DNA of 64,000 nt from a virus (IMGVR_UViG_3300037067_015585:96001-160000), one strand, 5' to 3'. Shown: positions 52,779-60,890, numbered from the stretch's first letter. Numbers and translations: made by a program. The notes: generated from the letters alone by a model not told the origin.

Positions 52779-52950
52779 GTACCGAATTACACGAACCAAC
52801 TTTTCCGTTTAACTCCAGTTTTTAGTTTAAGTCCCATGTGTAATGCGATTATACAACGACCGCTTAATTTTTCTGCCCGAGAGCGGTCGGCCTGAATTGC
52901 ACAGGCATCCATGGTTGTTTTTTCTGGAGACTCGATTTGGTCCTCGGTAC
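52779..52950 (-). ncRNA. permuted tRNA-like (YrlA/Y-RNA-like) module 2
   Basis: Nested stems GTACCGAG/TTCGGTAC, GACCAA/TTGGTT, CTCCAG/CTGGAG, CCATG/CATGG enclosing T-arm GCCTG-TGCAATT-CAGGC, closed acceptor CGACCGCT/AGCGGTCG, D-arm GTA-TAATCGCAT-TAC. Confidence 0.65.
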
Positions 52951-52955
52951 GATGC

Positions 52956-53120
52956 TGAAATTGTAGCGGCAATCTAAATCTTTTCGAGTGAAACTGCCTC
53001 TGCCGTTGGGCTACCCCCGCGTGTTTTCTTTAAAAGTGCGGGGATCAGGAGTCGAACCTAAACTGTCATTTCAACTCTGGTCTAAACATGAGTTTGAGAT
53101 TGAAACTACGCTACAATTCA
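52956..53120 (-). ncRNA. permuted tRNA-like (YrlA/Y-RNA-like) module 1
   Basis: Outer stem TGAATTGTAGCG/CGCTACAATTTCA leading to T-arm TTAGG-TTCGACT-CCTGA, acceptor TCCCCGC/GCGGGGG closed by a loop, then TA-GCC-CAACGGCAGA-GGC D-arm. Confidence 0.75.
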
Positions 53121-53168
53121 CTCTGGCGGCTAGTTAATCTATAACCTTATAAACCGCCCGAATGATTC

Positions 53169-53906
53169 CTAGTTATCGAAAACATAGCTAAGGAATTTCT
53201 TAGCTATTGAAATGTTCTTCACATCGATGCTATTCGCTTCACCTCGTGCCGTCTGCACTGCTTCTTGAAGCTTGATGATTCGGGCAAGTATTGCACGGCG
53301 ATCAGAATCAAGGATACCACCAGAAAACTTGGTGGTTGACCAATATCCAACCGCGACATCTTCCATCCAGGTTTCAACCTGTGCTGGGTGTTTGTCCGTA
53401 GCATCGTATTTCACGTTATTACGTGGAATCTTCTTGGTGCGAATAGTTTCGGCTGATTCGTTCGCATAGCAATCAGTCGCGTCATCGTGATGCCACGATT
53501 CAGAAGGATCAAGCGTCGGAAGCTTCGAGACGAACGTGTGCAAATCGACGAGTTGCTTCTCAAGGAACAAAAGATGAGTTGCCGGAACGTGTTCAATAAC
53601 TACGTTGCCGTCAACGACAACATCTGCGAATGCTTCGGTATTCGCAACGTCTTGAGTAGCAACGATATCAATTACATCCGTTAAAATCGCCTTGGCTTTT
53701 TCAATCGACTCTGAAACACGCAATTGTACCTTCTTCGACTCAGAAGGTAATTTTTCAGCATCGTCGTCCTTGATCGGACGATATGTTCTTGCGATTCCGT
53801 CGAGTAGTGCGGTTTTCTGATGAAGCTTGTGCAATTCGGTCAGACCGGATATTGCACGCGCCTTTTTGCCTTTTGCGAGCGCGATAATTTGATGCAATTT
53901 GGCCAT
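53169..53906 (-). CDS. uncharacterised helical/coiled-coil protein (from memory DUF7873-like; unverified)
   Basis: AGGAGG RBS, 245 aa, MAKLHQIIA...PATHLLFLEKQL...LPTLDP...HPAQV. Confidence 0.75.
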   Translation of the reverse strand: MAKLHQIIALAKGKKARAISGLTELHKLHQKTALLDGIARTYRPIKDDDAEKLPSESKKVQLRVSESIEKAKAILTDVIDIVATQDVANTEAFADVVVDGNVVIEHVPATHLLFLEKQLVDLHTFVSKLPTLDPSESWHHDDATDCYANESAETIRTKKIPRNNVKYDATDKHPAQVETWMEDVAVGYWSTTKFSGGILDSDRRAILARIIKLQEAVQTARGEANSIDVKNISIAKKFLSYVFDN

Positions 53907-53949
53907 TTGGCCCTCCTAATGTTAATTTGAAACTGATAGCGTTCGTTTA

Positions 53950-54222
53950 TTAATGCTGATAAGACGTTGGTGGTGCATCAGATCGAGGACCACCAGGACG
54001 AATTTCCGGCTCTACAACTGAAATACCTGCATCGACTATTTCTAATTGAATCGTGTCGATCCAACGACCGTCAACAACCTTGCCCTCTTTATCGACAGGT
54101 GGTGAAACAAGCCATTGGATACAACCGTTAATATATTCCGTTTTACCGGTAATAATACCAACAAGTCCAGTGACACGGCACTTGACACGCACACCCATCT
54201 TCAATTTGAGATCTGGCATCAT
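53950..54222 (-). CDS. small hypothetical protein (SH3-like beta barrel)
   Basis: GVRVKCRVTGLVGIITG..EYINGC...P pattern. Confidence 0.65.
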   Translation of the reverse strand: MMPDLKLKMGVRVKCRVTGLVGIITGKTEYINGCIQWLVSPPVDKEGKVVDGRWIDTIQLEIVDAGISVVEPEIRPGGPRSDAPPTSYQH

Positions 54223-54233
54223 ACTTCTTTCTT

Positions 54234-54282
54234 AAAAAGAAAATAATTCCACGTACGCCGGAGACTATTCGGCGTACGTGGA
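54234..54282 (-). terminator. intrinsic terminator after CAP gene
   Basis: TCCACGTACGCCG...CGGCGTACGTGGA inverted repeat followed by a U-rich tract on the minus strand. Confidence 0.7.
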
Positions 54283-54312
54283 TTGTGCGTGTAAGAGGAG
54301 TTCAATACACGC

Positions 54313-54801
54313 TTAATTGGTAAACTGCTGGCACCAATATATCACCCCACCTTCAGTCGGATATGCTGCGAGCCCGACTTTGGTGTAGTTGGGATTGAGG
54401 ATATTGGCACGATGACCGCTACTATTCATCCAGGCTTCCATAACCGAGTCAACGTCTGGTTGCCCCATTGCGATGTTCTCGGCATGGTGCCCAGCTTGAT
54501 GAATCAAGCTGAATGTTTTTGCCATCCAACCGCAATGTTGTCTTGCAGTACGGTGCAGTTGCTTGTCAAGAATCAAAGCTTTCAAGCCATATTTCTCTCT
54601 GATAGCATTGAGAGCTTTTAATAACTTGTGTTCACGTTCGTAGACTGGTGCATCATCAATCGGAGCATCTAGTGATGCAGTTGTAGTCTCCGATCCTCTG
54701 TGGCGAAAAATGCCACGGCCACCATGGCCAGCGTTTGCCGTGGAAGCGGCCACGGAAGCAATTAGCAAGCCTAACACACATGCATACAGCTTCATAGTCA
54801 T
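54313..54801 (-). CDS. secreted CAP (SCP) domain protein
   Basis: Signal peptide ending ANA; LNAIREKYGL, HCGWMA, AENIAMG, WMNSSGHRANIL, YWCQQF. Confidence 0.85.
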   Translation of the reverse strand: MTMKLYACVLGLLIASVAASTANAGHGGRGIFRHRGSETTTASLDAPIDDAPVYEREHKLLKALNAIREKYGLKALILDKQLHRTARQHCGWMAKTFSLIHQAGHHAENIAMGQPDVDSVMEAWMNSSGHRANILNPNYTKVGLAAYPTEGGVIYWCQQFTN

Positions 54802-54854
54802 ACTCCTTTGGTAAAGGTTAGAAAGAAAGAATATTCTAAGAGGCGATGTGCCTA

Positions 54855-55313
54855 TTAGTCTGTTTGAGGGTTATATTGTTGTTTGTATGCGGGCTTATCG
54901 GACGAGCCGTAGCCCTTATTTCCGCGTTCGGTCTCATCAAGTGACTGAACTTCAACTATGGATAATTCAGGAACCGTTATTACTAACCCCTGAATTATGT
55001 TGTCTCCCTCGTTAATAATGTGCGTATTCTTGCTGAGGTTTACGAGGCAGACTCCCCATTCTCCACGATAGTCGCTATCAATTACACCAGCTAAGCGGTG
55101 AATATTTTTCTTTGCACCCATACCAGATCTGTCGAACAGAACGACACAATAACCTTCATCAATGCTGGCAGATAATCCAGTTTTGAAAAGGTGGCTCTCT
55201 CCTGGTACAAGTTCATATCTCTCTGTACTAGCAATATCAAATCCAGCGGCAAAATCTGTCGCCTTTGTCGGAATTTTCGCCCGGTCCGATAATTTCATGA
55301 ATTTGATTTGCAT
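54855..55313 (-). CDS. dut: trimeric dUTPase
   Basis: AAGFDI, RSG, GVIDSDYRGE, Q, RGNKGYGSS motifs. Confidence 0.95.
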   Translation of the reverse strand: MQIKFMKLSDRAKIPTKATDFAAGFDIASTERYELVPGESHLFKTGLSASIDEGYCVVLFDRSGMGAKKNIHRLAGVIDSDYRGEWGVCLVNLSKNTHIINEGDNIIQGLVITVPELSIVEVQSLDETERGNKGYGSSDKPAYKQQYNPQTD

Positions 55314-55395
55314 AATAACTGAAATACATCAGTGATTGGCTGCATCATTAGAATCTAATTGCATCAGCTTGTCAAGTAGTATCTAATGGTATTTC

Positions 55396-55617
55396 AGAAG
55401 TGACGGCTTTCAGTGAGGTTGGTATTAGCAGTGGTATCAGTAGGTGACGGCGGATAAAGTGATGAGCACGCTGGACCTGAATTGACAGGGCAACTTGAAA
55501 CATCAGAAACGAATAGTTGGTAAGATTAAGACCTAAGTGTGATGCGACGAAGACGGCTCTGATACGTCGCAGATAAAATCCGAATAATTGACACAAAAGT
55601 CCGCTTTGCCGTCTTCT
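55396..55617 (+). ncRNA. candidate structured RNA with RNase P-like motifs
   Basis: Terminal pairing GACGGC/GCCGTC, internal stems, AGATAAAAT and ACAAAAGTCCGCTT near the 3' end; GTATTT motif just upstream. Confidence 0.3.
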
Positions 55618-55624
55618 TTTAATT

Positions 55625-55804
55625 ATGATTAGATCTTGTGAAGATTGTGGTGATAAGATACCAGAAGAACGATTAGAGTTCTTACCTGATACACATTATT
55701 GTGTAAAATGCTCAGTTAATCACCCATTACCAACACCAGATCCTGATGTTCTCTGCGCTAAATCTGCTGGATCAGCCAGAAATGGTTTTGGGAAGAGTGA
55801 GTAG
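55625..55804 (+). CDS. TraR/DksA C4-type zinc-finger protein (missed by ORF track, 59 aa)
   Basis: MIRSCEDCGDKIPEERLEFLPDTHYCVKC... Confidence 0.75.
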   Translation: MIRSCEDCGDKIPEERLEFLPDTHYCVKCSVNHPLPTPDPDVLCAKSAGSARNGFGKSE

Positions 55805-56269
55805 GATTTCTTTGAATTCTGGTATTGGACAGCGGTTTCTTCCAGTATTAACCCATTGGCATGTTAATACTATGTTATTCTGTAAATAACCTTTACTCGA
55901 TTCGATTCTATCAATGCTCGCTGAGCAGACATTACAATATTCAGTCTTTAATCCTGTAACATAACATTTCCCTAATTGCTTTGTCCAAAGATCTAATAAG
56001 AATTCAATTGTGAGATCATTCTCTTTTAATTTATAGTGTCTTTCTTGTCTTGATTTACTACAATGTCTTGTAGAATTCAGACATTGTAGTAACCATGCTC
56101 TAGTTGTCATCACTCTTGGTCGTATTCTATATTTTGTCTTATAATGTTTACCGTGAATTTCTTGACATTTTCTGCAAGTTCTACTTAAATAATCACCACA
56201 CGATCTACAGAAATTCTCTTCATTTAATTCTTTAGATACTTGGCAGATTTTGCAAATTCTAGTATTCAT
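55772..56269 (-). CDS. HNH-like (beta-beta-alpha-Me) endonuclease
   Basis: CKIC/CRKC N-terminal zinc; KCYVTG...SIDRIESSKGY..NNIVLTCQWVN. Confidence 0.75.
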   Translation of the reverse strand: MNTRICKICQVSKELNEENFCRSCGDYLSRTCRKCQEIHGKHYKTKYRIRPRVMTTRAWLLQCLNSTRHCSKSRQERHYKLKENDLTIEFLLDLWTKQLGKCYVTGLKTEYCNVCSASIDRIESSKGYLQNNIVLTCQWVNTGRNRCPIPEFKEILLTLPKTISG

Positions 56270-56333
56270 GTATCTATCTACGAAACGAGATTTTCGATAA
56301 GTAAATAGACGTATTTGAGCAAATGACCTATTA

Positions 56334-56510
56334 GATCGCAGCCATACAAGGTCGTCTCCATTGAACTACGGCTAGTATGGTTAGATTAACTGTCACACTG
56401 CAACTCTGCAACTCGGAAACTCATTTTACTGCAACTCGGAAACTCATTCTCACACTTGATCGCAGCCATACAAGGTCGTCTCCATTGAACTACGGCTAGT
56501 ATGGTTAGAT
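56334..56510. repeat. two 53-bp direct repeats flanking two 20-bp direct repeats
   Basis: 53-mers at 56334..56386 and 56458..56510; CTGCAACTCGGAAACTCATT at 56406..56425 and 56429..56448. Confidence 0.9.
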
Positions 56511-56537
56511 CGCTTCGAGACACATCACTTTAAGTAA

Positions 56538-56998
56538 GTCATCATAGCGTACTGATCACACGCTATGATGACGAACTTTTCTTTGAAGTTATGGCACGTA
56601 TCTTACGTGCATGCGTGTTTTTATCAGGAATGTTCTGTAATAGAACCTAATTATCGTGGTTCTCGTGAAGATAGAGCCGAGTGTTGAGTCGCAAGGCGTC
56701 AAAAGTACAAATTGCGATGATTTCAACCAGATTGGCGACGGGAAAAGCGGGGCCGGTAAATCCGGAACAGGACCCGCTAGCGGAGCGTAAGAAGCTATTA
56801 AAAATACCAGGCAACCTCAAACCCTATGACCTGGACCGAGCGGGGATATGAAAGCTTCCATGAACTCCAATTTTCACGTTACTGAGTACTGATAAAAAAG
56901 CGTGAGATGATTTGGCCCATATCCCTGCCGGGAAAAGGGTCCTGGTCTATTTAGTACTTAGTATATAATTAAAATTAAATTTTCACTAGGACCAGGAC
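56538..56998. other. hairpin-dense non-coding region
   Basis: Perfect 13-bp IR GTCATCATAGCGT/ACGCTATGATGAC, GCACGTA/TACGTGC, GCGGGGATATG/CATATCCCTGC, GTCCTGGTC/GACCAGGAC. Confidence 0.6.
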
Positions 56999-57023
56999 AT
57001 GTAAGTGGAAGAAGAAACTTCTA

Positions 57024-58886
57024 ATGAAAATTGCTAAGGTTATAGATCAGTTTGGATGGGCATATTATTTTCTTGATAAAGAACAACAAAGATATTCAAA
57101 ACATGAATTAGTCATTCAGAAATATAATAATATTGATTTAACTGGACTAAATGCTATCTATATTCATGGTCCAGATATTTGTCCTGAAGCACGCGATATT
57201 TGTTTACAAGCCAAAAAATTAGACATAACGGTTATTGGCGGTCATGCTGGTCCCACTAAAAATATGCCAGTATTTCCATACCTCGATCTTGCTGTCGGCA
57301 TTTCTCCACAAACATTTGATTTCTGTAAAGAACATTACGACTGCCCAACTGTCTTTTTACCAGAGGGTGTTGATACTGAATTTTTCAAACCTGTAAAGAG
57401 ACAACTAATGTCAACTTGGACAGGTGGTCGTGGTCAATGGCATGTCGATAACGAAAAATTACCAATACCGTCACTAATAAAAAGAAACAATAAATATGTA
57501 GTTAGTCCTGTTGTTGGCTGGGCTGGAAGAAAACACGAAGTTAAGCGGATGCACCTATTAGACCAGCTTAATTATCGTGTCGAAATACAATCACAACATG
57601 GTGACAAGTTCTTTGTTGAAAAATCGCACGACCACATGTTGCGATTTTATAATCATATTGATATTCTCGTCATGACAAGTTTATGTGAGTGTATGCCGAG
57701 AGTTGTATTAGAAGCTTGCTCGTGTGGTATTCCAGTTGTATGCACTGATGTCGGTTCTATAAGAATGATTCTAGATCCAGAATGGATTGTTCCAGTCAAT
57801 CCAGAGCATACAGTCGTAGAAGAGATGAATAAAAAGCTGTGCAGACTTGAAGATGTAGGTCTACGACAGATAGTTGGGTATGACAATAGATGTAGAGCTG
57901 AAAAAACATTGAGCTGGAAGGTTTTATCGCCATATTGGGATCAAGCCTTCGTGGCTGGGGTTACAAGAAATGTTGAAAGCATCAATATGATTAATAGACA
58001 TTTTGGAATGGCGGAGAACAAACAGCCATTCCAATCTACAATGAATATTGTTCAGAAATCACAACCGAATAGACCTGGAGTTCGTTCAGCTAGAAGTGAG
58101 GTTAAAAGTGAAATAGAAAAACGACCCGTTTTAGATCTATCGCAACAAATAACAGCATTCGTTATAAGCGCTGGTGAGAATCCGAATTATCAAGCATGTA
58201 TAGAAGCCTTAAGTAACCAGACTGTTAAAGTTACTGTTGATATTATTAAAGACTATAGCCCGATGTCTGCTGCCTTCCAACAAATGCTCATCAGGTGCAA
58301 AACACCATATTATATCGAAGTTGATGAAGATATGATATTGAATACTGACGCAATAGAGACGATGTATAAATATGTCGTCACAGAAGAAAAACGAGATCCA
58401 AAAGTAGCAATGTGCGCTTTTCGTCTTTTAGACATACATATTAATTTCGCTATCTTTGGAATTAAGATATATAGATCTGATATTTTTAAGAGCTACCCAT
58501 ACAATCTGAAAAGCATGTCTTGTGAAGTTGAGCAGCTTGATAGAATTAAAGCAGATGGATATTGCTATTTATCACCATTAACTATTGTTGGAAAGCACTC
58601 TCCATTATGGACTAATGAGCTCATATTTGAGCGATACCTGAATTTGATGGAGAAATATAAAGAATTTAAATATGAGTGGATGGAAGAACTCCCAAGGAAG
58701 TTATTTGAAATCTTCCAGAAAGATCCGACAGAGTTGAACTTATACGCATTACTTGGTGCACATACAAGTATTGCCAATGCTAGAAAATTACAACTCGGGG
58801 AGAAGGATTTTACTAAAAAGCGGCCGGAATATAAAAAATTACAAACTCTATTTGAACACCCAATTGTAATGATAAAAGCACCATGA
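57024..58886 (+). CDS. GT4 glycosyltransferase fused to GT-A-like domain
   Basis: GVDTEFFKP, ECMPRVVLEACSCGIPVVCTDVG; second domain EVDEDM. Confidence 0.8.
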   Translation: MKIAKVIDQFGWAYYFLDKEQQRYSKHELVIQKYNNIDLTGLNAIYIHGPDICPEARDICLQAKKLDITVIGGHAGPTKNMPVFPYLDLAVGISPQTFDFCKEHYDCPTVFLPEGVDTEFFKPVKRQLMSTWTGGRGQWHVDNEKLPIPSLIKRNNKYVVSPVVGWAGRKHEVKRMHLLDQLNYRVEIQSQHGDKFFVEKSHDHMLRFYNHIDILVMTSLCECMPRVVLEACSCGIPVVCTDVGSIRMILDPEWIVPVNPEHTVVEEMNKKLCRLEDVGLRQIVGYDNRCRAEKTLSWKVLSPYWDQAFVAGVTRNVESINMINRHFGMAENKQPFQSTMNIVQKSQPNRPGVRSARSEVKSEIEKRPVLDLSQQITAFVISAGENPNYQACIEALSNQTVKVTVDIIKDYSPMSAAFQQMLIRCKTPYYIEVDEDMILNTDAIETMYKYVVTEEKRDPKVAMCAFRLLDIHINFAIFGIKIYRSDIFKSYPYNLKSMSCEVEQLDRIKADGYCYLSPLTIVGKHSPLWTNELIFERYLNLMEKYKEFKYEWMEELPRKLFEIFQKDPTELNLYALLGAHTSIANARKLQLGEKDFTKKRPEYKKLQTLFEHPIVMIKAP

Positions 58887-59998
58887 TAGACATTCATTGG
58901 GTACATCCAAATAGAATAAGATGTAGTACACAAGAATATTTTAATCTATCTTGGCAGTTTTCAATCCTCGATGGCGATTGGGACCATGATGTCATTCCTA
59001 TAGAAGATATGCTGATATATGCTTGCCATCGCGAATTGTTTGTCGATAAGAAGCCATGGATAGGAAATTCTTTACGCAAACACGCCAGAATACAACTATC
59101 ACAGGGTATACCACAATGGGATCATCGTACGCTAGATGACTTTGAGAAGCGTGAGGCAGAACTCAGAAACCTATACAATAGCATCGCGCAATATGGAGTT
59201 CGTAGCCAAAGAGAACTGTTATCTGATATGCCATGCTGCAATCTTGATGGTAAGTTCAGCGACGAAATAACCGTTGGTATTGGTAGACATGGAAATTTGA
59301 TATTATTTAATGGCTACAATCGCATTTGTATTGCAAAGATTCTAAAACTTGACAAAATTCCAGTCAGAATTATTAGAGTACACAAGATATGGGATGAATT
59401 TTATAAGCAAACATTGTCTGGATGCGCAAGTATTTGGGGAGAAGGCGTTTGCTATCATCAGATCGATCACATATCATTCGACTTACTTGTAAATAACTGG
59501 TCCAGTGGTAGAGCAGATTTAATAAAGAAGAATATAAATCGACAATATAAAACAGTTCTAGATATCGGATCTTTATTCGGTTATTTTTGTACTCAATTGG
59601 AAGATACTGGATTTTGTTGTACGGCTGTCGAAAATCACAAACCCTTTTTAGAAATATTATTAAAAATCAAAGAAGCCGGATATTTCAATTTCGACGTTAT
59701 AGAACAATCGGTTTTTGATTTGAATGATCCAAAATTTGATGTTGTATTGGCTTTTAATATCTTTCATCATTTCCTAAAGACGCAAGCTGTTTACGAGGCT
59801 TTTAAAGCATTTCTAAAAAGACTCAAGACCAGAGAAATGTTTGTGCAACTACACGACAAGAACGAAAGGCAGATGGATGGTGCCTACAAAAACTATGATA
59901 ACGGCGAGTTTTTACGTTTTATTAGCAGCAACGTCGGGCTTACTAATGTTCACGAATTAGATGAAGAAAACGGTAGGAAGATATTCAAACTAACATGA
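58883..59998 (+). CDS. ParB/Srx-like domain fused to class I SAM methyltransferase
   Basis: LYNSIAQYG...ITV...LFNGYNRICIAKIL..IPVRI; VLDIGSLFGYF, FDVVLAFNIFHH. Confidence 0.65.
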   Translation: MIDIHWVHPNRIRCSTQEYFNLSWQFSILDGDWDHDVIPIEDMLIYACHRELFVDKKPWIGNSLRKHARIQLSQGIPQWDHRTLDDFEKREAELRNLYNSIAQYGVRSQRELLSDMPCCNLDGKFSDEITVGIGRHGNLILFNGYNRICIAKILKLDKIPVRIIRVHKIWDEFYKQTLSGCASIWGEGVCYHQIDHISFDLLVNNWSSGRADLIKKNINRQYKTVLDIGSLFGYFCTQLEDTGFCCTAVENHKPFLEILLKIKEAGYFNFDVIEQSVFDLNDPKFDVVLAFNIFHHFLKTQAVYEAFKAFLKRLKTREMFVQLHDKNERQMDGAYKNYDNGEFLRFISSNVGLTNVHELDEENGRKIFKLT

Positions 59999-60879
59999 AC
60001 AATAAACCATATACACTAACTTTATTTTCTCCTAGCAAGCCTGATGGTCCAGATAAGATTTTTAGTTCTGCGGATATGATTAGTTATGAATTGTGGGCAG
60101 AATTTACTAATCTGCCGCACATAACGATGCAATATATGTCAGCAGCAGACGACACCAGCATAATACCAGCATGCGATTTTGCATTAATCCATTGTTATTT
60201 CAATTATCCAATTTTTAAACGTCTGCCGGAAATCAGGGTGAATACTCGCCATAAAATCATATTAGTGATGGAGTTCAAATATGGTGGTCTCAATGCGGAT
60301 TTGATAGATCGTTCATTTACATTTTTAGCTTGTCCGGATGCTGAGCATATACGATTACCATATTACAAACCATTGCTTGATAACTCGGCATTAAAAACTC
60401 CTGGTACTATATTATTAGATCATCAGTGGAGTGGTACAGAGGCGATTGAAGATATATGTCATTCACTTTACGAATGGTTCAAACCACCATACAATCGTCC
60501 TATGGCACAATTGCGCCGACCGGCAGTTGAAGCTATTGAAATTCCAATATGGATTCATTCAATCCCATTAACTAATTATTACGATTATTTAGTACAAACA
60601 AAATCGTATGAAACCTTCATCGTAACGCATCGCGGCAGCTATGAACACAGTATTATTGATATGGCTGCTAGAGGGACGCGAGTGCTGGTACCAATAAAGG
60701 ATGGTCGCACTTTCTGTCATCCATCAATTATTGAAGATCTGAACTTGGAAACCTTTTCAAATCGAGAAGAATTATTCACATTATTAGAACAACCACATCT
60801 GACATATCAACAGATGAAATTTACTGATATGTCAGATGTGGTTGCAAAAATTGACGCATATTGCCAGACGGTCAAATAA
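59995..60879 (+). CDS. putative GT-B-like protein
   Basis: Operon context; GSYEHSIIDMAARG resembles an E-x7-E-like motif. Confidence 0.45.
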   Translation: MNNKPYTLTLFSPSKPDGPDKIFSSADMISYELWAEFTNLPHITMQYMSAADDTSIIPACDFALIHCYFNYPIFKRLPEIRVNTRHKIILVMEFKYGGLNADLIDRSFTFLACPDAEHIRLPYYKPLLDNSALKTPGTILLDHQWSGTEAIEDICHSLYEWFKPPYNRPMAQLRRPAVEAIEIPIWIHSIPLTNYYDYLVQTKSYETFIVTHRGSYEHSIIDMAARGTRVLVPIKDGRTFCHPSIIEDLNLETFSNREELFTLLEQPHLTYQQMKFTDMSDVVAKIDAYCQTVK

Positions 60880-60890
60880 TCGAGGTACAA

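Noticed and set aside
52787-52972. 61-aa minus-strand ORF (and 52583..52825 on plus)
   Set aside because: No RBS or recognisable motifs; lies within the structured RNA
52990-53065. Ordinary tRNA gene or two-piece tmRNA
   Set aside because: The halves are in permuted order with no anticodon loop or CCA; the acceptor has G3-C70 rather than G3-U70 and a full D-stem, and no tag reading frame was recognised
13900-55313. Uracil-substituted genome
   Set aside because: The phage encodes both UDG and dUTPase, which exclude uracil from DNA
56334-56510. CRISPR mini-array
   Set aside because: Only two 53-bp repeats, the 71-bp intervening segment is itself repetitive, and there are no cas genes in the window
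56738-56782. Cobalamin riboswitch-like GGGAA...CCGG-TAAAT-CCGG...CCCGC
   Set aside because: Spacing and loop length do not fit and the ACUG/B12-box elements are missing
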